Positions 51,660 through 63,621 of a DNA stretch of 64,000 nucleotides are shown here, in pieces (position 1 is the stretch's first letter; every line of letters begins with the position of its first letter). Position numbers and translations under genes: made by a program. The DNA lies in assembly GCA_010909165.1 (NCBI GenBank), contig MU008194.1, forward strand, positions 248,001 through 312,000. The letters run 5' to 3'. The stretch is from Anthoceros angustus (lineage: Eukaryota; Plantae; Anthocerotophyta). The notes under the pieces were generated by a model. That model had not been told where the DNA came from, searched no databases, and worked only from the letters and a program-made list of their open reading frames with translations.

Positions 51660-52100
51660 ACGGACGTGAGCAGGTCCTTAAACGTTTGTACGCCCGGGCA
51701 CATTGTTGGGCGCTTAAGAGTAGTTAATAGTAAACCGTGGTAGCGTTGAGAACTTGGGTAAAGCAGCCCACGGCGATGAGGCGAGAATCGGTTTGAGACG
51801 CATAAGCGGAACAATCATTCTCTTGGGAACGGACCCCTTACTACAGAGTCGAGACTCGGATAGCGTCGAGATGGCTGCCCGCCCGTGTGGTATGTGCAAG
51901 TCCATGTCGGCAATAAGCTGGATTGATTTGTCTTTGTGGGCGGTAGATTTGATGCAGTTCCTATCTTCGGTATGCGAGCAAAGCAAGCGGCAAATGAAAC
52001 ACGCAGCGGGCGGCGCATCGAGGACGAGAAATCCGCCATCGCGGTGCGTGGTTGGTGGAGAAGTGCTTGTGGGCGATAGCAACTTGCGAGCGCTTGGTTG
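51660..52100 (-). mobile_element. Possible Helitron Rep/Helicase fragment
   Basis: RYHGLLLTT..MCPGVQTFKDLLT resembles the Helitron LRLLL..V.G.TSFEDLRTV motif; upstream similarity is weak. Confidence 0.35.
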
Positions 52101-52535
52101 CTAGTGCGTCGAGGGCGGGTGATGGTCGATCACGAGCGAGAGGAAGGAGATCGGCCTTGACGGTAGCCCACACACGCGTCATTCCATATTTACGGCGTTT
52201 ACGGTGTCCTTGATAAGTTTAGCAAGTTGTGGAATGAACCTCGAAAACAATGGCATATGTCTTTAGCCGCATGTTCGTATCTGACGAAGTCTAGATTGGA
52301 AAAAGCGCACAAAGGCGTTTGAAGAAGCGTAATGCGCATGTGTCGCATTTGGTGGTAAATGTGATGAGGTATATATTAATGTATGAGGTGTATACTTATA
52401 ACTATGCCATGGTTAGATATCTATGAATTTGTACCTATACATAAAGAGTATGTATTCATTATATATATATATATATACGTGTTTGGGTCATATATATAGG
52501 ATTATCTGAGAACAAGTCGGCACATAGCCGTATAT

Positions 52536-52545
52536 NNNNNNNNNN
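52536..52545. other. Assembly gap (10 N); a single N also occurs at 63621
   Basis: Seen directly in the sequence. Confidence 1.
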
Positions 52546-53162
52546 TTTGTGGTAACCAAGGGTCTGCTCTTGAGGCGATTGCGACCCACTAGAAGCTTAT
52601 ATACTAGGGCCATAGAGATGTTCAAAATTGAACGCGAATGAGGGGCCATCTTGTGAGGAGTGCCTTGGCCATCTCCAATAGCCAAGAAGCACCTATCCGC
52701 ACCCCAAGCCTTTTGTCCCATTTGTAAAGCACCACTAAGTAACCAATATAAGTTTGAAATCCTCAAGAATAAGATATGTTGTGACCATCATGCTGAAATT
52801 GTATTTATTTTTTTATAATATCCATAAAATATCTTTTGGTAAGAGAATAAAAATCCACATGTCACCGACCTACTATTTCAGATTATCTTGATAATGTATG
52901 AATAACAAAATACATAAGTCATGGTATATAATTTTTATAAGTGAGTAAAGCTTCAACGCTCCTACTAACTACTGTAAATGGATAAAACACCAACTTATTA
53001 TAAAAGATAATACAAAGTTTGGAATATTCATTTAACAACACAAGAAGACCTGGTTGTGAAATGAAACCGCTTAATTATTTTCAGAAACATGATCACTTCA
53101 AGCTAGAGACAACATGTACATTACAAACAAGCACCCGGGTGGCATGCTCTGCCGGTGCGGAA

Positions 53163-55725
53163 TCAATTCGATGGCACCCAACAGCCGTGCAGTCCGTACG
53201 GGAGGCCGTAGGGCAGGATCCCTCGGGCGAGTTCCTCGAACGTCTGGCCGTCCAAGAGGACGACGAAGCCGCCGCCACTGTCGTCGCTCACAAGGGATAT
53301 AACCACGCCTGCACACAGCCGGACGGAACGGGAGCGAGTGATGAGAGGCTGGGTTCTGTCCCGTTCCGTTTCGTTCCGGGGTGGGGAAACCTGGCTAGGG
53401 GAGGGAGTTGGGTTGAGGAGTACGAACCATCGTCTTCTCCGATCGCGCCGGGCCTTGGGACGAAGAAGGGCTCGGTGGGGATGCCGCCGTCGTGGTACCA
53501 AGTCTTGGCGCTCTTGTCCACCAAATCCACCTTTGCGAGGTTGTTGGGGAAGTTGCAAGGGCGGTGTGCTCCAGCTGCGTACAAGTATCGATACTTCCTG
53601 GATTGAAGCTCTCATTGATGGTGTTCATGTCCAGACCCTGCCGTGCACGTCCGGCGGCACGGCTGCTTCTAATGTGCCCTTGCTGGATCCGTCGAGCGGG
53701 ATGGTGAACCTCCCAACTCTGTTGATGTGTTCTGGAATGGTTAATTTGATGCATTTATGTGATGAGCGGAGGAGGAGGATGGATGGATGGAATGTGTACC
53801 TTGCATCGGGGAGAACTTTGCCGGGGAAAGATCGGAGCTCATGGAGCTCCAGGCGCTGGAGAATGGTAGGGTTCGCGTTGTGCTCGCAGCAGTCCACGAT
53901 CACTCTCGCAGGCTTGCCGTCCTCCGCGGGCTCCTCGTACGCGTTGATGAAGTGGAAGGTGACGAAAGGCGGGACTTCCACTGACGCTTCCTGAACAAGC
54001 GTGCGATGGAGTGAGGAATGGAGGTGAGAGGTGGAACAGAATTGGAGAGGCGTGGAGCAAGATTTATTACCAGGGCGCCGGTTTTCCTGTTGAGGATGTG
54101 CATGTAGGAGCCGCTGTCAGGGAGCCACTCGAATTTGTAGTACGGGCAGGGCGCGCTCTTGAGGAGGTTCATCGCGGAGTAGCGCAGTGGCATCTCTGGT
54201 ACCACGATGTAGTTTTCCGATACGGCGAAGGAGTGCACCCATCCTGGGGGCCTTTACCCCTGCATTGGACCTGAAGGGACGGAGCAAAAGAAATGAAGCA
54301 AGTGCTGCATGCGTCCAAGGCTCAAGGAATGCGGAGGAGAGCCTGGAGGAAGTAGTGTTGCTCACTCTGCCAATCATCTCCCTGGTGTTTGATCCGGCGG
54401 GCATCCGCACGACGTTAGCCAGGGTGGATCAAATCCGGCAGCAGCGTGATGAATTCCTTGTCATCTACGTAGGGGTGGGAGTGCAGAATTCCTGCGCGCA
54501 CCAGTTCAAATGTGTCGATGTGAGATATGAGATCTTCAGGAATCTGGACTTGTCTGCAGGCACTCTGCAGCAGCATGGAAGAAAGCAGTTTGAGAATTGC
54601 GGCTCCGGAGGACCTGGAATCCGTCCTCGTATGTGAACTTTCCCAGGGTTTCCAGCGTGTTTGGATCAATCTGAATGGTCCCCTTCATCGTCTCCGTCAA
54701 GCACAGGACTCTTCCGTCTCCCAATCTGCACCAAGAAGCCGTTTCAAGCACGTCATGGATTGAGCGAAGGTTGAAGGATGTGGCGATGGCGTGGCGTGTT
54801 GTAGCATTGCAGGATGCAGGCAGCGTACAGGATGACTCCGGTGTTGGCGTTGTCGGTGAGACTGTGGCCCGTGGCCATCCCGGCGAGCTCACCGATCCGC
54901 TGGAACACGTTCCCTGCCTCCGGCACGACCTTGAATTCCCGGTACATGGGGCGATGGTTGCTGGTGGCCTGCTTGTATGCCTCGGATTGCAGCTGCGCGT
55001 GCCCGCACACCAGCTTCCCGTTGTCGAAGTGGAGACGGACGAGGGTGGAGTACCTGGAGGCCGCTCATGTCACACACTCCATCGCTCCCTATCCAAGGAA
55101 ATGAAGATCGCTACAAGATGAAGCAAGTTCACAATTGCTCCACTCACCCGTCGAAGGTGCTCAAATTCCATGTCCCCAGCGTTCCAGCTTCCGGGCCCGT
55201 TTCGGATATATGTTCCACTCTGCAGCAGCAAGCAAGAACCGCTGAGCTGCTTCAATTTATGATACACAAGTGCAATGCTATCCTGAAGGTGGACTAGTAC
55301 ATGTGATCCATCTACAAAGGTAAGTACCAGCCACTTTGGGATTGCTCCCTGCAGTTCCAGCTCTCCTTCCCATCTCGGCTGCTTGACAGTGTTCCAGGAC
55401 GCATATCCAGGATACCTCTCTTGCTGCCGCACCTCAGCTCCTCCAACTCTCTCGGCCACCAGAGCTCGATTCACAGCCCCCTTCCGGTCCACGGGCTTGG
55501 GAGCTGGAGTGAAGGTTGCGGCCTGATCTGCAGCGTGGCCCTCACCCAGGGCTTGGGCTGTGATTGTGCAGGAGTGGCGGGAGCGCCAGCGCAGGGCCTT
55601 CGGTTGCTTCAAAGGCCGATGGACGACACCTTGACCACCTGACTCTGCTGGAGCGGTGAGGGCGAGAGAAGTGCCATGTTGTCTGCACCCACTGCTGCTG
55701 CTGCAGCTGCAATGCACTTAGCCAT
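53163..55725 (-). CDS. CCD8: Carotenoid cleavage dioxygenase 8 (strigolactone biosynthesis); several apparent frameshifts as assembled
   Basis: WEGELELQGAIPKWL, GTYIRNGPG, TDNANTGVI, GRVLCLTET, WVHSFAVSENY, TFHFINAYEE, AHRPCNFPN, PYGLPYGLHGCWVP match MAX4/CCD8. ATG at 55725 gives a transit-peptide-like start. Confidence 0.93.
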
Positions 55726-55856
55726 GTCACTCCGCAGTCGACGAGCTTTGTGTCCAAGGCTGAGCACGAGCTGTGAAGCACGGCGCGAAGCCTTAAGTAG
55801 AGCCCATCCACCAGCAGTAGACCCACAGGGGCACCCACTTAGCCCGCTGTGACCAA

Positions 55857-57245
55857 CCATGTGGAATCCGGGTTTTTAGAAAATCGCTTCTGGAAACGAC
55901 AAGCCATCACAGGCCATGCCAAACGCTTCATGGAGAAGCACCACGCTTAGTCACGAGGCTCTAACTAAATAAACTGAAATGCAATTATCATTCCCTGCAA
56001 GGAAGGCCACTTGGTGTATCCACCCACCTTGACGACAGCCTCATTAGTTTTCTTTTTTATCTTCATATCATCTTACGACACATGAGTAGCGGTTTTAATT
56101 TCTTTCTTCTTGATGCAAAGCAAGGACAATCAATTCACCTCGATCATGAGAGAGCCTCAAAAACTCATATCCCATAACATATTTAGATCCTCCAAGAAAC
56201 AAGGTAACAAATTATGTAAGTATAATAGAAGACATCTATCTTACATAAGAGAAGGAGAAAGTTGTATCAAAGCTATCAAAGTCTCTTATAGGACAAAAAT
56301 CGTATTCCCAAGGACAAAGTGTGAAACATTTGCATCCTTGAAAAAGTTCAAACCTTGGCTAGATATTGATAAGAGTACAAATGTTTCACCTCGTCAATGA
56401 GATAACTAACCTCACATCATGTGCTTCAAGTGCCAAGTTCCTATTGCAACATTCCAAGGATCCCAACTGTTCCATATTCTCTTCGAAAGTAAAGCCTACA
56501 CACTAGATTTAGAATAAGAGGAAAAAGTGTGGATTCATGTAGTAAATTTCACAACCTTGAGAGAGTAGCTACCAACAAGATATGTAATTGTGAATACTTA
56601 ACATTGAGAGTGAGACATAAAACTTAAAAATGGACAAGTTTAAAGTCCATCGTTATAAAACTTTTATAGACTCTCGGTATGTGATTTTACTTAATTATAT
56701 AATCTCTAATGTAATAAGTTCTAAATGAACCTTAAAAGGCCCTTTCTAGTCTTCAAGGCCTTTGCCGGTAGATAGCCTTACTCTTGTAAAGCAAGCCTCT
56801 TAGACCTTTTGCATCTCCTTCCTTCACTTTTGTAAAGCAAGCCTCTTAAACCTTTTACGCATCTCCTTCCTTTATTCTTGTAAAGCAAGCCTCTTAGACC
56901 TTTTCTGCATCTCCTTCCTTCACTTTTGTAAAGCAAGCCTCTTAGACCTTTTCTGCATCTCCTTCCTTTATTCTTGTAAAGCAAGCCTCTTAGACCTTTT
57001 CTGCATCTCCTTCCTTTACTTGCGGTACCGGTTGATCTGGTGATAAAAGAAACCTAGTGAGATTGTTGTCAAGGTGGGTGGATACGCCAAGTGGCCTTCC
57101 TCGCAGGCGATGATATTGTATTTCAGTTTATTCAGTTAGAACCTTCGGACTACGCGTGGTGTATTTACATGAAGCGGTTTGGCATGGCCTATGATGGCTT
57201 GTCGTTTCCAAAAGCGATTTTCTGAAAACCAGGATTCCACATTAT
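55857..57245. repeat. ~185-bp imperfect inverted repeat (55857-56036 / 57063-57245) enclosing a 48-bp tandem array; third partial direct copy at 57316-57400
   Basis: atgtggaatcc...gacaagccatca...gccacttgg(t/c)gtatccacccaccttgac is present in both orientations. Confidence 0.85.
56786..57018. repeat. 48-bp tandem repeat x5
   Basis: gtaaagcaagcctcttagaccttttctgcatctccttcctt(c/t)a(c/t)t(t/c)tt at 56786, 56832, 56880, 56928 and 56976. Confidence 0.95.
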
Positions 57246-59106
57246 TGGTCACAGTGAGTCACTCCTCTTTCACATGAAGGCCAAATTCACCTTGTTGATG
57301 AGTGTCACATGAGGGCCAAACGCTTCATGTAGATGCACCACGCTTAGTCCGGAGGCTCTAATTGAATAAACTGAAATACAATATCATCGTCTGCAAGGAA
57401 GGCCTTAGACCTTTTCTGCATCTCCTTCCTTTTGTTAGGTTGCATGTTGTACCTCTTGATAACTAAGAGAGAGCCAATATGAATTCTCAATCACTGCCTC
57501 CTTCCAAATCCAAAACTTAGAAGAGTTTAAATGAAAGGTGAGTTGTTCCAATCCATCTTATGGGACTTGCATATGGCGTACCAAAGCGGGCTAGATGAAT
57601 GTGCTATCGCTAATTTTGAAAGTCTCTCTTCTATTTTCAAAGTGTCTTCCGTTTTCAAAGTGTCTTCTGTTTCAAACAATCTCTCAAATGCAAATGCAAT
57701 TGGATTCCACAAACCCTAACTCCGCTGCGACCACATTCTGGAGTTGCGAAACCTCCCACCCCAACTGCGCGCTTGGAGAGGCCACACCCACGCGTGCCTC
57801 ATTGCTCAACCGCCTCACCGCTCCCATTCAATGTGCACGCCCGCTTGGAGAGGCCGTTTTTGGTATTTGCTGCCCTAGCCAGCCACCCCACCAGCCTCAT
57901 GGAAGGGATGAAGTGAAGGGTGCTGGAGGGCTGAGTTTCTCCAAAACTCAGCTCCCTCAAATTGCAACTATGGTATGCAAAGAAAACATGAACCGACCAC
58001 AAAGAAGTTCCGTGTGAAAGAAAAAGATTAAGTTTGTGTGTAAGTATGCTTGCTTGTGGCCGCGTTGGTAGGTCCACTTTGGGCACTCTTAGTTCGGTCC
58101 GATACCAAAGCGGACACAAGCGTGCTTGCAGGTAAAATGTGTGGTGTGAAGGAAAGTTTGGTGTGAAAAAATGTGCCCCGTTCCCTCTGTCCTCTTCGGT
58201 ATGCCATGAAACGCCGGCTGCCAGCACTTTTTGTTTTGCGATAAAGAAGGCTTTATAAGAAAAAGAACATCGAAGAACAGAAGTACAGAAAGCATGAGCG
58301 GGCAGAGCAAGCAACAAGAGAGCCAAAACTCAAGCCGAGGGCCACACTACAGGACAGCCCGGATGCCGGGACTTTTGATGAAATTCTGACCAAGCTTTTT
58401 GACCAACAACAGCATCAACATTGGAGTCTAGCTAACATATTTCGTGGGTGTATGTGTGCTGGGTCGTACCACCATGTCATCGCCACACGTATGCGGTCTA
58501 GAATTGGCGGCCTGACCTTGGTCTGAAGCCAACCTGGCTTTGAAGGATTTGTTGCATGCGAGATCCATTCGGTGGTGTCGTGATGCACGCAAAGAATTTT
58601 GCGGTGGCATGCACAGCATATAGCACTTTCCACATCCGCCACTCCAGCCAGCACATTGTGCCGCAGGCTCCTGGTGGGTTGCAACAATACTTCTACGTGT
58701 GCACACTAGGACATGTCTACAGCACCAGAACTTTGTTTCCCTTGTTGGAGCTTTCCTGTGTTGAAGTAGATTCTCTTGCTCCAGCATCTACGACCGGGCA
58801 CTTCACTCCAAAACGAACGGTGAGGGCAGGAGGTGGAAGAGTTGCTTCAACTGGCATGGCCATTCTTGAATAACTCTCCGGGCCATGGAATGTCTCATCG
58901 TGCCTACGTAACCCTGGAGCGTTGCAGAGAAGAGAGAAGGATGTGGTGTTTGATTCGCATCTGCTTCTGAGTTCAGCAGCCCTAAATAGCTTCAAGACTG
59001 AAGTAGTGTGGGGTCACTCGAGAAGAAGCTCCGATTCGGCTCTGATTCCTGTGGCCTCGGAGGTACACATGTACATCAGACAGAATCTGCCAAAGCAACT
59101 TCTCAC

Positions 59107-60837
59107 TTAATTTGGTTTCAGATCCAAAAAGGCTTCCAGTGCAGTTACAAGGCGTGGGGCCATCTCCTGGTGTTTCAGACCCAGTTCCTGTCCCTGTATC
59201 TCCCGTCCTGGCCACAACATAACCATGAGACCGTGTCAAAGGAGTGCAATCCAGGGTTGATAAACCATCTCACAGAAAATTTGTGTACCTCAGACGCCCC
59301 AATTATTTTCTGCTTCAGCAGTCAGCCCCTGAGAATACAAGGATACCGCTAGAGCTGCTCTCATGTCTGGAAACTGTGACAACCCAAGAGTGAAACTGGG
59401 CCTCTGAGGGACTGTGACTTGGGTAGAAGCCAACGGCAGTGAGGTACGACCAGAAGTGTACCTCAGGATATCTTCTTAGAAGAGAGCGAAACTGCCGAAT
59501 AGCCTCATTGTCCCGACCGACTTGATAGAGCGCCTGCTTGGGTTAGTTTACAAGGAGCACATGTAAATGAGCAGACCTTGAGTAAGAGGGAAAACAGATC
59601 TGCATTAAATGGGTGGACTCTGTATAGCATGAAAATACCAACCAGGGCACAATTTGCAGCTGCAAATGAGAACTCAGGAGCAAGCTGAGCAGCTCTACGA
59701 TAGTTGGAGATGGCTTCATCCCATTTGCTCATGGCAGCCTGCAAGCACCATAACATACTGCATTTTAAGCTAGTGGCTTTTGTGATTGTCACCAGAATGA
59801 GCAGGGATTGGAATTCCAGCTAGGGTGTAAGATCAACCTGCAGAAGTGTGGGGTACGTGAGATGCTGCAGCTTACCAGCACGTTGCCCAGGTTGTTGAGA
59901 GCAGCAGGATCATTCGGCTGGACAGAAAGAACAGCCTTGTAGTCAGCAGCAGCCTCGTCATAGCGTCCAAGGCTCTCCAGTACAACCCCGCGGTTCAGAA
60001 CAGGATCCACTGCATAACTGTAGCATTTCCAGCTTCATCAGTCCTCGAACAACATTTTACTGACACCCCAGACCCCACTTGAGAGGATCAGAATTCACGG
60101 CAAGGAGGCCTTACGGTGCTAGCTCGATAGATCGGTCGAAATCCTGTAGAGCTTGCTCCATTTTTCCCTGTACAGCTAAACAGCATCAAGGCACTCCAAC
60201 AACTCAGCCATTGGTGGGAAGCACGTTCAAAAATCCGTGTGTAACCCCACTTGTGCCGATAACAACTCTAACCTGGCGACTGCGGCAGTTTCCACGGTTC
60301 CCCCAAGCTCTGGAAAGAATGTCAGGAACCCATTCGCTTCAATCTCTCCATACCTGTCGATAACTTCTGTCCAGAGTCTCTCCTCTTCCTCAATCTGCAG
60401 TACGCACCAACGCAGCTCCAGTCCAAAGACAAACAGCCATCAGCGCGGAAGGCTTGCTCATTCTCAACCTACATACCGTCGGTGCATCCAGTGCTTTTTC
60501 GAACACAATGGCAGCATCCCTCAGCCTTCCATCCGCTGGATCAAAAGCGCGTTTTGGGGCTTTCCCGAGATCGATGCTCGCAGGGACCACGGCCTGTGCC
60601 TGCTCCACACCAACGCCACATACGGCAGCTAAGGAGAACCACACCGGGGCCTGCAGAATAAGCCTTCTCCCAACACCTCTCCCGCCCCGTGGATTTCCAC
60701 CCTGTGATTCCTTGAACCCATGACCAGAAACCCGCAATCTGCCAGAGGTCGAAGCCGGAACTCTGATCCTGGGCCAAGCAGAATGCACTGGAAGCCGGAG
60801 GGGCAGGGGCAATCGAGAAAACCATGGCCTTCATCAA
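59107..60837 (-). CDS. Plastid-targeted TPR-repeat protein of cyanobacterial type; frameshifts as assembled
   Basis: TPR helices (EQALQDFDRSIELAP, PVLNRGVVLESLGRYDEAAADY, DPAALNNLGNV, WDEAISNYRRAAQLAPEF) and C-terminal RYRDRNWV..RRWP.RLVTALEAFL after homopolymer correction. Confidence 0.75.
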
Positions 60838-61207
60838 TCATTCACAACTGTTCACGGAAGCGGCACCTCACGAACGTGGATGATGATGTTCCAGCGTTTG
60901 AGAAAAAGGCATTGAGACGAAGAACTTTTGAGGAACCCATCTTATTGACAGCGCATCTACCAACTCGGGAGGTCATGGCCAACCGGAAGGATACATTCAA
61001 ATGGGCAAGCAAGATACTGTGCCATCGGAACGTTTAGCTTGAACCTGGCATCTGGATTCAAGCATTCACTCCAGACATTGACCTACAATGGTTACGACTT
61101 TTTGATGACAGCTCTCCGCTACCACATCATTGACCTCCGGCTTCCAGGAGCCCAGCCACTCCCGAGGCTAAGACCTTGGTACAAGAGTGGAGAACTACTG
61201 AATGAGA

Positions 61208-61923
61208 CTAAGAAGCTTTCTTCTTCGGGTCGGGCTGTTGATGCATCACTGCAGAGATTTTGTTCACTTCATACAAAAGGACGACTGAGAACAGTATGCT
61301 GCACAGGTACGCAAAACTCTATCAGTACCAATTCAACATAGTGGCAAGAAGGCTACATAGAATGCAAGAGAGGTTCCAAATCCCCACACTGACCATGTGG
61401 TACAAGAGACCCTATGCACGGAACCCGCTGCAACAGCAGCAATAGATTCGGCAAGGAGAACTGCAAATGATTTCCAAGCATTAGTGGATCTGTGATCACG
61501 AGCTCAGTAATCTTAGCAAACCTATGTCATACTGCAGCCGATACAACCAACAAGTTCTAATTCTAGGTTTTGCAGCTCAGCCACCCCAAAGTACTGTCAA
61601 CCAAGGTGAAGCGTACCAGCTCCCATCCGGTTCGCGATCCGAGCGACTCTTGTAAATTGCCAACAAACTGCAAATCCAAAGACACGTGATCAGAACCCGA
61701 ATATGGAGCAAAATAACGCTCGACAACCAGAAAACAGCAGGGGTCCTTACAGTCAAAACTAGGAGGAACAAAAGAGAACCGATGAAGCCGCCAAAGATGG
61801 TGAACAACTCAGTTGAAGCCAATTTCTCCTTGTAGACCTGCTGCAGCGAGTGTGATGACGAAGAGCAGAAAAGAACAGAGCATCGAGTTGGCCGTGCTTG
61901 TCAAACGCTTCCGATCTGCCCAT
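61208..61923 (-). CDS. KCP2: Keratinocyte-associated protein 2 homolog (oligosaccharyltransferase subunit KCP2); frameshifts as assembled
   Basis: VYKEKLASTELFTIFGGFIGSLLFL, FVGNLQE....TGW, LAESIA..AAGSVHRV..TTC, LLYEVNKIS over 4 exons match plant KRTCAP2. Confidence 0.85.
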
Positions 61924-62276
61924 CACAACAATCCACAAGCTTCAGTTCCCAATTTCCAGCTCCGCAATTTCCACCACAAGTAGTCAAAACCCGTCCATCT
62001 GCAGCATCAAAGTTCCAGTTTCGCAGAAGCAAACCGTGACTGACAATCAACAGGCTGCGCCATGGCTGCTCGGATCTGCCCAACAACGGATCTAGCAAGG
62101 CGGTCCAGCGCGAAGCGAGATCAAAGATGCTCCGTTAGGGCAATTGGCCTAAACCCTTAACCCTCCGATGTCAGTTAACCGGCCTTCTGGGTTAGAAGCC
62201 ACCACAAGGAGAAGCATGGCGGAGGAAGACGATGAACAGCCTCAGCTGAGCGTTGCTACTCTTGCTGCCCTGAGGA

Positions 62277-63131
62277 ATGGATAGAGGAGAGGCAGGGCAA
62301 GAGGAAGATAAAGCAGGTGTTGCCGAAGACGGAGCTGTGGACATAGTGGCCGAGGATTGGCGTTTGAGCCAGTTCTGGTATAATGCTGCAACGGCAGCCA
62401 CTGTAGCAGAGGAGCTCCATCATCTTAGCAAGGCCTTCGATTCTGCTAGGATTGCCTGTGTCGCATGCCCCTCTTTATGTAGAACTCAAGGTGCTGTACT
62501 TTGGATGGGTTTGACGGTTCGACCGTATCAGACTGATTTCTGACGGGTAGAATGGGATGCTTTTGAATGCAGAACAAACACCGTGAAGTGGACGCTCACT
62601 TGTTTGAGTATGACCGACGGTTTGGGAAGTATGGCGATGATTTTAGTTTCTACGACTACAACTCCCCTCAAGATGTGCCAAACGAATGCCAGGGTGCTTT
62701 TCACGTCATCGTGGCTGATCCACCATACTTGGCAAGACATCATCTCTGCCTTAGCCTCAAGTTCCCAGTCAGTTGCAGAATCGAAGAATCTCAATGCTTC
62801 GTCGTGGTTAGCCTTTCTGACAAGCGTTTCAATCCATGCAGAGTGAAGAGTGCTTACTAAAGACTGTGCAGACTATGAAGCACCTCTCAGCTGACCCGGA
62901 AAAATCCATTTCTTGTTGCTTACAGGTAGTTGTCGAATTTCTGCAATGGGAGGATTGTGGGATCTGTTCGTGAAATGCATTGAAATTCATGGTAGTGGGT
63001 CGGGTTGTAGCTTGTCTTCTTGAAATGCACTGACCGTCCGTGGTCTGGGTTTTGCAGGTGCTGTTCAAAGAGAACGCGTTGCGGGGCTGATACATGCGTA
63101 TCCCTGCAAGTTCAGGCCACAGCATCAGAAT
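62277..63131 (+). pseudogene. EEF1AKMT1: EEF1A lysine methyltransferase 1 (N6AMT2) homolog, apparently 3'-truncated, with one GC-AG intron (62732-62841)
   Basis: EDWRLSQFWY, IACVACPSL, LFEYDRRF..YG..F.FYDYN, ADPPYL/SEECL, GAVQRE..CKFRPQH. The expected KLGNEF-type end is replaced by short repeats. Confidence 0.8.
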
Positions 63132-63621
63132 GGTGCCCAACGCCCAACAATGGCACCCAATTAACGCCTAACAATGGCGCCAACGCCCGACAATGGCTGG
63201 CCATACAATGGCCTGCGAAGGTAAGCATGTACGAACATGTACCATCGGCGGCGCGCCTTGTGGGCATAGAGGTGGTACCGCTCACAATAAGAACACTAAA
63301 GAAAATGCTAAAGAGCGTGACGTACTAGTATTAGAGCACTAGCGGCCCTCTCAACTTTTTCCCTCTCCATGCCATGTGTGTAAATGGGATTAATGGAGTG
63401 GAGGCGAGTGGCACGCCTCCTGCTTGAATGGACGCTCATCATGCCCCCACAAAATAACCCCAATCAAATTTAAAATAGCCCTCCCCTCACATTTTGAAGA
63501 AAAATGCTTTACAATAATCTGGGAATCACGTCATCAATCGGTAAATGGCCTCCTATCATATTTTTGTGATTAATAACAATAATAAAGAGTTTAAAAAATA
63601 AAGAACACATTTTGAGAAAAN

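Noticed and set aside
53163-55725. CCD8 as a true pseudogene
   Set aside because: Breaks are mostly homopolymer-type indels shared with all neighbouring genes and the motifs are conserved, so error is more likely. One junction near 54490-54615 does not close cleanly and remains unresolved.
56786-57018. 48-bp array as a CRISPR array or a coding repeat (LYKSEGRRCRKGLRGL)
   Set aside because: Units are contiguous with no unique spacers, the context is eukaryotic with no cas genes, and the ORF is a by-product of a 48-nt period.
57531-58900. Several ORFs between the inverted repeat and the TPR gene
   Set aside because: No recognisable domain and no consistent splice model.
61577-61822. Hydrophobic ORF as PsbY or another photosystem subunit
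   Set aside because: The spliced sequence matches KCP2/KRTCAP2 across four exons.
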